Below, piece after piece: positions 19,801-28,391 of a stretch of DNA of 62,212 bases. The DNA comes from Patescibacteria group bacterium (GTDB lineage: Bacteria > Patescibacteriota > Gracilibacteria > UM-FILTER-43-11), in assembly GCA_029260955.1 (NCBI GenBank), contig JAJDCF010000007.1, positions 1 to 62,212 of the forward strand. The letters are read 5' to 3'. The translations under genes were made by a program, and so were the position numbers. Each line of letters starts with the position of its first letter. Position 1 is the first letter of the stretch. Below the pieces are notes generated by a model. That model made no database searches, had not been told where the DNA came from, and saw only the letters and a list, made by a program, of their open reading frames with translations.

Positions 19801-21076
19801 AATCACTGTTCTTACATCTGGTACTTTGACTGCTTCTTCTGAAGGTAACCCAGATGCAGACATTGCTGTTGCTGGTGTAACTGAACAACTTGCTTCTAAG
19901 TACGTGTTCAGTGCGCTAGACGAAGATTTCAATGTTAAGAAATTGACTGTAATGAACGATGTTACTGGACCATTTGGTACTGCTGTTACTACAGCTTCTG
20001 TTGCTAACGTAACTATCAAGTATCCAGATGTGAACGGTGTTCAACAGAGCGCTACTAGCTCTTTATCTGGTGGTACTGCTACATTTGCCGGTCTTGAACT
20101 CTTTGTTCCTGCTGGTGAACAAGCTACTCTTGAGATTTACGCTGATGTAAATACCAAGTCTGCTGTTGGTGAATCTATTTCTGGTCAAACCTTCCGTCTT
20201 GGTATGCAAGACACTGGTAATACAATTACTAGCTTCGAAGCTATTGGTCAGTCTTCTTCTACCAATGTAAGTGCTCCTACCATTACTAACGCTGCTAGTG
20301 TAAATGGATTTGTTGTTCGCAAATCTGTACCTACATTTGCTAATGTTAGTACCTCTACAACTCTATCCGATGGTGAAAGAACTCTTATGAGCTTCAGTGT
20401 TACTGCTGATAGCCAGGGTGCTGTTGCTATGGGACGTCTAGCCTTTGAAATCGTAAGATCTGATGCTGCTACAGCTAATCTTGATCTTTCAGACTTCAAA
20501 TTCTACAGAGGTTCTACATTGCTGACTAATGTTGGAATATTTGATGGTACTGCTCAGGCAGATGCAGACTATGTTGCTTCTGCTGCTTCACCATTGAATG
20601 CCGCCCCTGGTGGTGGTACAGATACTGTTATTGTTAGCTTCGAACAGGAAGAAACTATTCCTGCTGCTACAAGCCAGACTTATAGCCTAAAGGCTACAGT
20701 CATCGCTTCAGCTACCAATGACACAATCGACACCAAGATTGCTATTGGTGACGAAAGCGTTCCAATTACTGGTCTTACCACTAATAATGGTAATGCTAAT
20801 ACTGGTAGAGTTTCAGCTGCTAATACAGACAATATTGCATTGTTTGGTGATGCTTCTACTCAGTGTGCTACTACTGATTCAGCTGCCACTGGCTTTGCTG
20901 ATGAAACTGGTACAGCATGTAACGTTATCTGGTCTGACAAATCTGCTGACTCTCACCTTTACCCAACTGTGAGTGGAGCAGGATCAGTAACTGTTGCTTC
21001 TGGTACATATGACTTTACAAATGGATATCTTCTAGATATCACTAGCCTACAATCTCAAACTCTTAGCAAGAACTAA
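16862..21076 (+). CDS. SLH-domain surface (probable S-layer) protein, 1,404 aa
   Basis: Signal peptide (…AGIAMAQ). Three SLH repeats at nt 16952-17482 (FNDVGTDAWYYDYV.., FDDVPADAWFFDYI.., FPDVMSADWFHDYV..). A (GE)6 linker from GGTGAA-(GGCGAA)x4-GGTGAG at 17513-17548. The remaining roughly 1,150 aa are Thr/Ala/Val/Gly-rich with a beta-type composition. Followed by a strong terminator. Confidence 0.8.
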   Translation: MDIALRLKRVVATVAAGALFASSAGIAMAQTFNDVGTDAWYYDYVEQLVGDGVIDVADTYRPADALNRAELVKIAITAIDGLAGYEAPATPTFDDVPADAWFFDYIEAGVQLGIVNGYTDANGNLTGFFGPGDMVNRAASTKILVNAFSVPTDLDPASVFPDVMSADWFHDYVLTAYNQSVLDGYDNGYFGPADAVTRAQVAKLVVNSQNPVERMVSGEGEGEGEGEGEPSSEGDLEVSLNDDTASSSTLSLSANGVAVASFDFTADQDDVYVSNLVLTRGGVGQAADWQNLYVYDGSQRLTTGRTVNNDTNTATFPLKLTVEAGTTTTVTLVGDVSSTAGASSQHYFYVASAANVTSNAQSVAGDFPVAGNTFTMGGANTVVNSVTVTAGTAPPIVTIGEQDAEIASVRLAAGSTNDIAVHQFAFTNGGSLSSAKMVNLRLLRGTDEVATADGFVGDVVTFVLDTPYVIQDGQTKTFYVRADIDGGRTTDNIIMYLDENTDLIAVDQQYGFGASVTNTFARVNANTVALEGGDVTVVDNGPAATQIAQNATNIELLNFSVTTARDLTVRDTFIQLDIQDAAGNGPTLPVTGTGVVATGDGGFADDSSIFCMLDAPAATFALGDMIQMTATSGTVYGIVDAITNSGTCGAGANTEIQTNLAAGDAVADGSTVTEVDPYDYVRNLKLVDLDATTTLAGPLTDANTGATLVPNQSTGFATAESYSRVHTEDYEFTGGETRHLSVQSDLNLNMASGYQIRARVRFSDGGTTSYIKDDAANEFVASSAIIGAGTTALAGNFMTTAQNSLAVALASTPTSQSYVKGDTDVPSLGVALTAGDAGDVTLKRLTVRVYADSGTVFGGTGPGEGDTAANTLVSSVTLYDGNDVVAGPKSISLVDTNVAGFVADTADYYRAQFDDINMVITKGATKTLTAKVNLLNTATVQSYIAVDVLPSADILVEDSDANTITATGGQLNLAGAHVPLITVLTSGTLTASSEGNPDADIAVAGVTEQLASKYVFSALDEDFNVKKLTVMNDVTGPFGTAVTTASVANVTIKYPDVNGVQQSATSSLSGGTATFAGLELFVPAGEQATLEIYADVNTKSAVGESISGQTFRLGMQDTGNTITSFEAIGQSSSTNVSAPTITNAASVNGFVVRKSVPTFANVSTSTTLSDGERTLMSFSVTADSQGAVAMGRLAFEIVRSDAATANLDLSDFKFYRGSTLLTNVGIFDGTAQADADYVASAASPLNAAPGGGTDTVIVSFEQEETIPAATSQTYSLKATVIASATNDTIDTKIAIGDESVPITGLTTNNGNANTGRVSAANTDNIALFGDASTQCATTDSAATGFADETGTACNVIWSDKSADSHLYPTVSGAGSVTVASGTYDFTNGYLLDITSLQSQTLSKN

Positions 21077-21114
21077 TCTTAGTTCCTGATAAGACGAGAC
21101 TTAGGTTGAGTCAC

Positions 21115-21152
21115 GAAAAACCCCGTTGGCCTTCGGGCCGGAGGGGTTTTTT
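21115..21152 (+). terminator. Rho-independent terminator of the S-layer gene
   Basis: CCCCGTTGGCC-TTCG-GGCCGGAGGGG hairpin with a UUCG loop (21121-21146), followed by TTTTTT (21147-21152) and preceded by an A-run. Confidence 0.8.
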
Positions 21153-21213
21153 GATATATAAGTTTCTACTTCATTCTGTTAAAATATGGGTAGTAATTCT
21201 TTACATTTTTCCC

Positions 21214-22380
21214 ATGAAAAAAACAGCTATTTTCCTTCTTTTATTTCTGTTTTTGGTTCCAAGTGCTTTGGCGGCCACTATTGTTTCGGAATGGCAAACG
21301 GTTGTGTTTCAGAACGATATAGGTGAAATGGCCCCTATGCTTATAACTTCGACCAGTGATGGTGACATTACTTCAGAACATGGTATTCGAATCATGCTAG
21401 ACCCCGAAATCATGTTGCTGTTGGATGATGCGGAGCTGTATATCTCAGGTACGGCTAAAGACAACGGCAAAGTAGATTTGAATGTACAGCCAGAATATGC
21501 CCCAGACTACAAATCGTTTTATATTCCTGTTATGCAGGATTTTGAAGCTGCAGATTGGCTTAGTATTCAGGGGGTGAAAGTGCGTAGCTACTACGAATAC
21601 ACCAATGATAAATTTTTAGGCCTTGATCTCGATGGAGATGGAATTGCAGATGTGAGCGATATTAATACGTATCGTGTGGGTCAGTCTACGAAGGTGGACT
21701 ATACACCTCCTTTTCCTGTTTTGAATGCAGATTATGTTCGTAATGATGATGGCACTGTTAGCTTTACGTGGGATCCCCCAATTGATTTCGACTATGATGC
21801 TACAATTATTAACCGTGTTCGAATTAAGAATGGTTTCCCTATGGAATCTACTGTCTACAATGATTTTGCGGCCTCTTTTACTGATACAGATTTAAAGGAT
21901 GTAACATCTGCGACCTACTCTTTAGTTAGCAAAGACAGCGGTGGCAACCAAGGTGATCCAGTAACACTTGTTGTAGATCCAATCGTACTTGATGAAGAAC
22001 CGGTTGTTGAGGAGCCAGTTATTGAGGAGCCTATTCCTGAGCCTGCTGCCCCTGAAGATGAGGTTGATGAACTAAGTCGACTTTTAAACTATTATAACGT
22101 CCGTTACAGCATCAAATGTATGCCTTCCGGACTTGCTGTCGCAGAAAACAATAGCGCCTGTCTATGGGCACGTATTGACCTTGTGTACGCTCAAGATCGT
22201 ACCGGTGATGAAAAGGTTGCAGACCTTGCTCTTTCTACCCGTGATTTGGAGTTGATGGAAACTCGCCGCAAATGGCCTGAAATGCGCTACGAAGACAATT
22301 GTATAACCGCTGCAACACCGGCTGGTTATTGCCCTGCCTTGGGGAAGGCGTTGGATCGAATCAGTTATTTTCTTGATTAG
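21214..22380 (+). CDS. Secreted hypothetical protein with an FN3-like segment and an acidic EEPV linker
   Basis: Start moved to the ATG at 21214 (MKKTAIFLLLFLFLVPSALAA signal peptide); the track's upstream extension runs through the terminator. The FN3-like call (…TVSFTWDPP…) is weak. Confidence 0.6.
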   Translation: MKKTAIFLLLFLFLVPSALAATIVSEWQTVVFQNDIGEMAPMLITSTSDGDITSEHGIRIMLDPEIMLLLDDAELYISGTAKDNGKVDLNVQPEYAPDYKSFYIPVMQDFEAADWLSIQGVKVRSYYEYTNDKFLGLDLDGDGIADVSDINTYRVGQSTKVDYTPPFPVLNADYVRNDDGTVSFTWDPPIDFDYDATIINRVRIKNGFPMESTVYNDFAASFTDTDLKDVTSATYSLVSKDSGGNQGDPVTLVVDPIVLDEEPVVEEPVIEEPIPEPAAPEDEVDELSRLLNYYNVRYSIKCMPSGLAVAENNSACLWARIDLVYAQDRTGDEKVADLALSTRDLELMETRRKWPEMRYEDNCITAATPAGYCPALGKALDRISYFLD

Positions 22381-22422
22381 ATCCCTCAGCTTTATTACAA
22401 TGATCACCTAATAATCAATATT

Positions 22423-22968
22423 ATGAAAATTAGTAGGTTGTTCATCATCGGATTCTCTGCACTGCTTTTGGCAGGTTGCAATAGCTATAAAATTGATGTG
22501 GATTTGTCGTCGGATGAAATTAAGAATATCAAAGCTGATATTGAATCTTTGAAAGTTAAACTTGATAACTACGTTGCTAAAGACGAAGGAGAAATCGCTT
22601 GGGCTCAGACCATAGATTTGGCTAGGGCTTACAAAAAGCTGGGTGAAATCGGTAAAGCCATAAAGGTGTACGAGGATGTTTTGGAAGATGGCCATACAAC
22701 GCAGTCCATTCTTAATAATTTGGGTCGCCTTTATGAAAGTACCGAGCAATATGATAAGGCCGTAGTCATGTACCAGCGTCTTAACGATGAATATTTCGAT
22801 CACGACTATCTTTACGATATTACCTGGGCTTATATAAAGGCTGGTGAGCGTAAACTGGCTGAAAAATATTTTAATGCTTGGCAGCTAGAGTTTAATAAGA
22901 CAGATGAGCAAACTCAACGGGCCATCAAGAAGCTCCGTGAGGCCGAGAAAGCTAATGCGAATGGCTAA
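22423..22968 (+). CDS. Lipoprotein with TPR-like repeats
   Basis: Lipobox LLAGC after a basic/hydrophobic N-terminus. TPR-like helical pairs (LARAYKKLGEIGKAIKVYEDVL; LGRLYESTEQYDKAVVMYQRL). Confidence 0.7.
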   Translation: MKISRLFIIGFSALLLAGCNSYKIDVDLSSDEIKNIKADIESLKVKLDNYVAKDEGEIAWAQTIDLARAYKKLGEIGKAIKVYEDVLEDGHTTQSILNNLGRLYESTEQYDKAVVMYQRLNDEYFDHDYLYDITWAYIKAGERKLAEKYFNAWQLEFNKTDEQTQRAIKKLREAEKANANG

Positions 22969-23030
22969 AGGTTGTCATTTAATACCTTTTAATGTAGGCT
23001 AACTTAGCTTATTTATTTATATGTTTTTTT

Positions 23031-24320
23031 ATGAAAGCTGAAATCAAGAAACTTCCAAAATCTCAAGTTGAACTTACTATTACTGTTCCTTATGCTGACT
23101 ATGCCAAGGCTGAAAAGCAGGCTATCGAGCAAATTAGCAAAGAAATGAAGGTTGATGGCTTTCGTTCAGGCAATATCCCAGAGGATGTGGTGCGTGAAAA
23201 GGCCGGGCCAGAAACTATTCAATCCTTTACTCTTGAAAATATCATCCCCATTTCCTATTCAGCTGCGGTTAAAGAGAATGATGTTATGGTCATTGCTCAG
23301 CCACAAGTGGACATCAAAAGTCACGTTGCAAAAGAGGGGGACGACTTTGTTTATACAGCGGTTGTATCCGTTATGCCAGAAGTAAAACTGGGTAACTACA
23401 AAAAGATCAAAGTGAAAAAAGAAGAGGTTAAAGTGACTGACAAAGAGTTAAATGAAACTCTCGAAATGATCACAAGTCGTTTTGCTGAATGGAAGAATGT
23501 TGAGCGTGCTGCAAAAATGGGTGATCGAGTGGATGTTGATTTTGAGGGTTTTGATAAGGATGGTAAAACCCTTCCAAATACAGCCAGCAAGAATCATCCT
23601 GTAATTCTTGGTTCTAAAGCAATGATTCCTGGATTCGAAGAAGCCATTGTTGGTATGAAGGCAGATGAAGAAAAAGAGTTTGATATTGATTTCCCAAAAG
23701 AGTATCACGCCAAAGATATGCAGGGGAAAAAGGTGTCTTTTAAGGCCAAAGTTAACCGTGTAGAGGAGAAGCTTGATCAGGAGCTTAATGAGGCTATGGT
23801 TGAAAAGGCTACGGGTCAAAAGCAATCAGTCGATGACTTTAAAAAGCGTGTTAAGGAGGATCTGACGCGTGAAATGGAGCAACGTGCTCAGACAGAGGTC
23901 GACAATAAAGTTGTGCAGGAAATCATCAAAATTACCACAGTCGAACTCCCTCAGTCTTTGATTGAAGATGAGATCAACCTGCTCAAGGAAGAGAGAAAAC
24001 AGGCTGTCACTAAGCAGGGGCTTACTTGGGAACAATATCTTCAGCACATCAAGAAATCTGACGAGGATTTTGCCAAAGACCACCAAAAACCTGCCGAAGA
24101 AAGACTTATAGCTCGTTTGGGAGTAAATCAGATTATTAAAGAGGAAAAGGTTGAAGCGGATGTTGCCGATGTGGACAAGCGTGTTCAAGAGATAGCTGCT
24201 AATTATCCAGCAGAACAGAAGGAGAAGGTACTTGAGTACTACAAAAAGGATTCAGAGGCTTATAGGGCGCTCAAAAACAATATGTCAGCCGACAAGCTAA
24301 TCAATATGTTTGTTGTCTGA
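23031..24320 (+). CDS. tig: Trigger factor
   Basis: N-terminal ribosome-binding domain with GFRSGNIP (GFRxGxxP motif) and a central FKBP-like segment (GDRVDVDFEGF...IPGFEEAIVGMK). Length 429 aa. Confidence 0.92.
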   Translation: MKAEIKKLPKSQVELTITVPYADYAKAEKQAIEQISKEMKVDGFRSGNIPEDVVREKAGPETIQSFTLENIIPISYSAAVKENDVMVIAQPQVDIKSHVAKEGDDFVYTAVVSVMPEVKLGNYKKIKVKKEEVKVTDKELNETLEMITSRFAEWKNVERAAKMGDRVDVDFEGFDKDGKTLPNTASKNHPVILGSKAMIPGFEEAIVGMKADEEKEFDIDFPKEYHAKDMQGKKVSFKAKVNRVEEKLDQELNEAMVEKATGQKQSVDDFKKRVKEDLTREMEQRAQTEVDNKVVQEIIKITTVELPQSLIEDEINLLKEERKQAVTKQGLTWEQYLQHIKKSDEDFAKDHQKPAEERLIARLGVNQIIKEEKVEADVADVDKRVQEIAANYPAEQKEKVLEYYKKDSEAYRALKNNMSADKLINMFVV

Positions 24321-24334
24321 AAACTTTAAAAAGG

Positions 24335-26440
24335 TTATTTTCGGATCTCCTTTACTTTGAATACGTCAGGAACGGTTTCCAGTTCATGTACCAGTTTGTC
24401 TAAAGCTCCTACGCTGTGCACGACGGTATCTATGGTAAGGGCTTTGCCTATTTTTAGATCAAGGATGGAAAGATTATTTCTTGTAAAAATTTCTGCTATA
24501 TCTCTTAGCAGGCCAACACGAGATTTCTTTTCTATGCCCAATCTAACGTTGTAGGCGGGTTTATTCTTAATTCCCCACGAAGCTTTTACAAACCTATTTC
24601 TGTCGTGTCCCATCAGGACTTTGCAATAAGATCTATGAATTGTAACACCTCGTCCTCGTGTGATGTAGCCTATGATTTCATTCTCAATTGTAGGCTTACA
24701 GCAAGTGGCAAGTTGAGTTTTGTAGCCCTTTTGTCCCGTGATCAACACTTCATTTTTCTTTTCTAGCTTAATGCTGTCGGTGAGCACCTTTTTATTTACA
24801 GTGGGTTCGATCTGTTTGCTTGCAAGAATATCTTTTGGCACGATTTTTTTGATCACGCTGACGGCTTCAACCGAACCATTTCCTACTTTTTCCAGAACTT
24901 CTTCACGCTCTCTTACAGTCAATCTTTTGTCTGAATACTTTTTTAACAGTCCCAATTCGCCACTTAAGGGCGGCATTCCCAGGCGTTTTAAGTGTTTGTT
25001 TAGGAGGTCTTTACCCATCTTAACCAAATTCTCCTTTTCTTGGGCGTTGAACCAGTGCTTAATGCTGCTTTTGGCATGAGATGTAATGGTAAATGAAAGC
25101 CAGTAGCGATTTGGAGAGGGTGTGTTGCTGGTTAGGATTTCTACTACTTCATTGTTCTTCAGTTTGTAATCAAGGGGTACTATTTTGCCATCTACTTTGG
25201 CCCCTTTGCATTTGTTACCTACATCGGTATGAATGGAATAGGCAAAATCAACGGGAGTGGCGTCGCGTGGTAAATCCTTCACATCTCCTTTGGGTGTTAC
25301 TACAAAAATGCGATCATGGAAGATATCCATGTTTAGATTTTCGATAAATTCTGAGTTACTTTTCAGATTATCATGAAGGGCAACAAGATTTTGTACCCAG
25401 TTCAATTTGTCCTCTGGAACGGCAATAGAGTAGCCTGCTTTTTCCTTGTATTCCCAGTGTGCCGCAATACCGTACTTGGCCACGTTATTCATATCATGTG
25501 TACGTATCTGAATTTCAATAGGTTGGTTATTCAGACTTGGCACCAGGCCTACAATGGTTGTATGCAAACTCTGATAATCATTACTTTTCTTGTTGGCAAT
25601 ATAGTCCTTAAAACGCCTTGTTAAAGGGGTCCAGTTTTTGTGAATTATGCCCAATGCCTGATAACATTCTGCTTCTGAATCGACGATAATGCGCAGGGCG
25701 AAGATGTCATAAAGTTCAGAAATGTAGTTTTTATCTTTGCGTTTCAGTTTTCGGTGAATGCTGTAGAAGTGTTTCACCCTACCCTCAATCTCTGCCTGCA
25801 TATTATTCTTTTTGAGGACTTTTTTCAGAATAATCGTACCCTTTTTAATGATGTTCTTCTGAAGTCCAGTAGTTTCTGCCATGTCTTTGCGAAGCCGTTC
25901 ATTGTCTTTTGGATGCAAGTACTTGAAACACAGATCATCCATTTCATTCTTAATATGAAAGATACCCAGTCTGGATGCGATAGGGGAATAAACCGACAGT
26001 GTTTCTTCTGCTATTCGCTTTTGTTTATCGGGTTTTACATGATCCAGCGTTCTCATGTTGTGCAGCCGGTCACAAAGCTTTACCAAAATTACACGAATAT
26101 CTTTGGCCATGGCCAGGAACATTTTTCTTAAATTTTCTACTTGTCTTTCCCTTCCTTGGTAGTAGATCTTACCTAATTTTTCCAGACCTTTTAAAAGCGG
26201 AATGATGCGCTCGTCAAAATTTTCTCGAATTTCATCGGCAGTTATTTCTGTATCTTCCAGAACATCATGAAGCAAGGCAGCAATAATCGAATCTTCGTCG
26301 GGTTTTAGATCCAGAAGAATCTTAGCCGTTTCTAAGGGGTGTTGTATGTAAGGCTCCCCACTTTCTCTTGTCATTCCTTCATGGGCTTTTTTGGCGTATT
26401 CGTAAGCCCTTAAAATCCTTTCCTCATCTACATGTGGCAA
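24335..26440 (-). CDS. rel: Bifunctional (p)ppGpp synthetase/hydrolase, RelA/SpoT family
   Basis: HD hydrolase motifs (HPLETAKIL, LLHDVLEDT), synthetase domain (YQSLHTTI, EIQIRT), and TGS and ACT-like C-terminal regions. The annotated start is TTG; the open frame continues 26 more codons upstream with no ATG, GTG or TTG. Confidence 0.9.
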   Translation of the reverse strand: MPHVDEERILRAYEYAKKAHEGMTRESGEPYIQHPLETAKILLDLKPDEDSIIAALLHDVLEDTEITADEIRENFDERIIPLLKGLEKLGKIYYQGRERQVENLRKMFLAMAKDIRVILVKLCDRLHNMRTLDHVKPDKQKRIAEETLSVYSPIASRLGIFHIKNEMDDLCFKYLHPKDNERLRKDMAETTGLQKNIIKKGTIILKKVLKKNNMQAEIEGRVKHFYSIHRKLKRKDKNYISELYDIFALRIIVDSEAECYQALGIIHKNWTPLTRRFKDYIANKKSNDYQSLHTTIVGLVPSLNNQPIEIQIRTHDMNNVAKYGIAAHWEYKEKAGYSIAVPEDKLNWVQNLVALHDNLKSNSEFIENLNMDIFHDRIFVVTPKGDVKDLPRDATPVDFAYSIHTDVGNKCKGAKVDGKIVPLDYKLKNNEVVEILTSNTPSPNRYWLSFTITSHAKSSIKHWFNAQEKENLVKMGKDLLNKHLKRLGMPPLSGELGLLKKYSDKRLTVREREEVLEKVGNGSVEAVSVIKKIVPKDILASKQIEPTVNKKVLTDSIKLEKKNEVLITGQKGYKTQLATCCKPTIENEIIGYITRGRGVTIHRSYCKVLMGHDRNRFVKASWGIKNKPAYNVRLGIEKKSRVGLLRDIAEIFTRNNLSILDLKIGKALTIDTVVHSVGALDKLVHELETVPDVFKVKEIRK

Positions 26441-26582
26441 GTACTCTTTGGCGCCCTTGATTAGATCATTGATCGTGGCTTTTTTCAGTTGTGAATTCGT
26501 TAGTGATTGCCTTTTATCTTACTAAAGAACTGGTCTTGAAGCAAATTTATGAGTAGAATAAGGGCAATCTAAAAGTCGAAAA

Positions 26583-28091
26583 ATGAACAAAGTTATCCTT
26601 ACAATTTTAGATGGATTTGGTGAAGCACCTGCTGGGCCGGGGAATGCAATTGCCACTGCTAACACACCCAATCTCGATAAACTTCGGGAAGAATATCCAT
26701 TTAGTATCCTCCAGGCATCTGGTGAGGCTGTTGGTTTGACCGAAGGGAGTATGGGCGGTTCTGAAGTTGGCCATTTTACCATTGGTTCAGGGCGAATTAC
26801 CCCTCAATTTCTGTTGGAGATCAATCGAGCAGTCAAAGATGGTTCCTTTTTTGAGAACAAGGAACTCAAGGCGGCTTATGATTATGCGAAGACGAAAAAT
26901 AAGCCCCTTCATTTAATGGGAATGATTTCAAACAAGGGGGTTCATTCTCATATCGATCATTTGTTTGCCTTGCTTGAGTGGGCTAAAAAGGAAGGGATGA
27001 CGGATGTTTATGTCCACTGCATCGGCGACGGTCGTGACGTTAAGGAGCGAAGTATTAAAACCTATCTTAAACAACTTCAAGACAAAATCGATGAGCTGGG
27101 TGTGGGTAAGATTGCTACAGTTATCGGTCGTTATTACTCCATGGATCGCGACAAAAACTGGGATCGTACCGAAGTCGGCTACAAGCTGATCACGCAGGGG
27201 GAAGGTTTAGCACTTGATGACCCTATGGCGGCTGTTGAACATTTTTACGAAGCAGATGCCAAGATTACAGATTATTATTTGCCTGCCATGCTTATCAACG
27301 ACGAAGGTCTGATTAAAGAGGGAGATGCAGTGATTTTTTTCAATTACCGAACCGATCGTACTCGTCAGCTTACGGCAGCTTTTGTGCATCCTACTTTTGC
27401 CGGCTTTAAAAAGTTGATTGGCGATGTACACTTTGTTTGCATGGGGCCTTATTCAGATTTTGCCCCTATTGCTTTCAATGTGCCGGAAATCAAAAATAAT
27501 TTGGCTCACTATCTTTCTGATAATGGTATTAAGCAATTACGTGTGGCTGAGACCGAGAAATACGCGCATGTGACTTTCTTCTTCAATTCGCAAATTGAAC
27601 ACAAGGTAGAGAATGAGGATCGCGTTATGATCGCTTCACCTAAGGTGCCAAGCTATGCGCAGAAACCCGAAATGTCGGCCTCTGAAGTCACTCATACAGT
27701 TCTGAATTCTTTGGAATCCGCAGAGCATGAAGTGATCATCGTTAATTATGCGAACTGTGATTTGGTTGGGCATTCTGGTGATTTACAGGCCTCTATCAAG
27801 GCCGTGGAAGTGATTGATGACTGCGTAGGGCAGATTCAAAAAAAAGCTATGGAGGCAGGTTATACCTTTATGCTGACGGGCGATCACGGTAACGCTGATG
27901 ACATGCTTTATCCCGATGGCTCACAGCGTCCTGCACATTCCATGAACCCGGTCATCTTGATGATTGCTGATTCTGAAAAAAAGATCACCAAGGTAAAAGA
28001 CGGGGGGCTTGCCGATGTGGCGCCTACACTACTAAAAATTCTTGGCTTGCCTAAGCCGGAAGAGATGACTGGTGAGAGCTTGATTGACTAA
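26583..28091 (+). CDS. gpmI: 2,3-bisphosphoglycerate-independent phosphoglycerate mutase
   Basis: LDGFG, GGSEVGHFTIGSGR (catalytic Ser region) and TGDHGNAD motifs. Length 502 aa. Confidence 0.93.
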   Translation: MNKVILTILDGFGEAPAGPGNAIATANTPNLDKLREEYPFSILQASGEAVGLTEGSMGGSEVGHFTIGSGRITPQFLLEINRAVKDGSFFENKELKAAYDYAKTKNKPLHLMGMISNKGVHSHIDHLFALLEWAKKEGMTDVYVHCIGDGRDVKERSIKTYLKQLQDKIDELGVGKIATVIGRYYSMDRDKNWDRTEVGYKLITQGEGLALDDPMAAVEHFYEADAKITDYYLPAMLINDEGLIKEGDAVIFFNYRTDRTRQLTAAFVHPTFAGFKKLIGDVHFVCMGPYSDFAPIAFNVPEIKNNLAHYLSDNGIKQLRVAETEKYAHVTFFFNSQIEHKVENEDRVMIASPKVPSYAQKPEMSASEVTHTVLNSLESAEHEVIIVNYANCDLVGHSGDLQASIKAVEVIDDCVGQIQKKAMEAGYTFMLTGDHGNADDMLYPDGSQRPAHSMNPVILMIADSEKKITKVKDGGLADVAPTLLKILGLPKPEEMTGESLID

Positions 28092-28101
28092 TTATTCCTC
28101 A

Positions 28102-28362
28102 CTATTTTTTTGCCTTCTTAGCTTGCTTTGCAGCAGCAGATTTACTCTTTTCAATAATTGTCATGGCAAATTTTATAGGTTGCCACAGATAATGATTGAC
28201 CAAATCCATCGTATCCTTAGCCTTGGCAGTAACATTGTTAATGTTGGATAGTATTTTGATCAGATGATAAAGCGCAAGTACAAGAAAGAGCGCAAAGAAC
28301 GCGATCGCAATTGATAGGACAAGATAAAGGATGTCCAATGGTGTAGAATATAGTTCGAGCAT
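28102..28362 (-). CDS. Small membrane protein (86 aa), hypothetical
   Basis: One N-terminal TM helix plus a Lys/Ala-rich tail. No firm family assignment. Confidence 0.45.
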   Translation of the reverse strand: MLELYSTPLDILYLVLSIAIAFFALFLVLALYHLIKILSNINNVTAKAKDTMDLVNHYLWQPIKFAMTIIEKSKSAAAKQAKKAKK

Positions 28363-28391
28363 AATTAATTTTTTGTTTTTTCCATTGTAAC

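Noticed and set aside
21106-21213. Upstream 36-codon extension of the 21214 ORF
   Set aside because: The extension begins inside the S-layer terminator hairpin. The ATG at 21214 yields a canonical signal peptide.
22408-22803. 131-aa minus-strand ORF
   Set aside because: It fully overlaps the plus-strand lipoprotein/TPR gene, which has a clean lipobox and TPR helices. The minus-strand product has no features.
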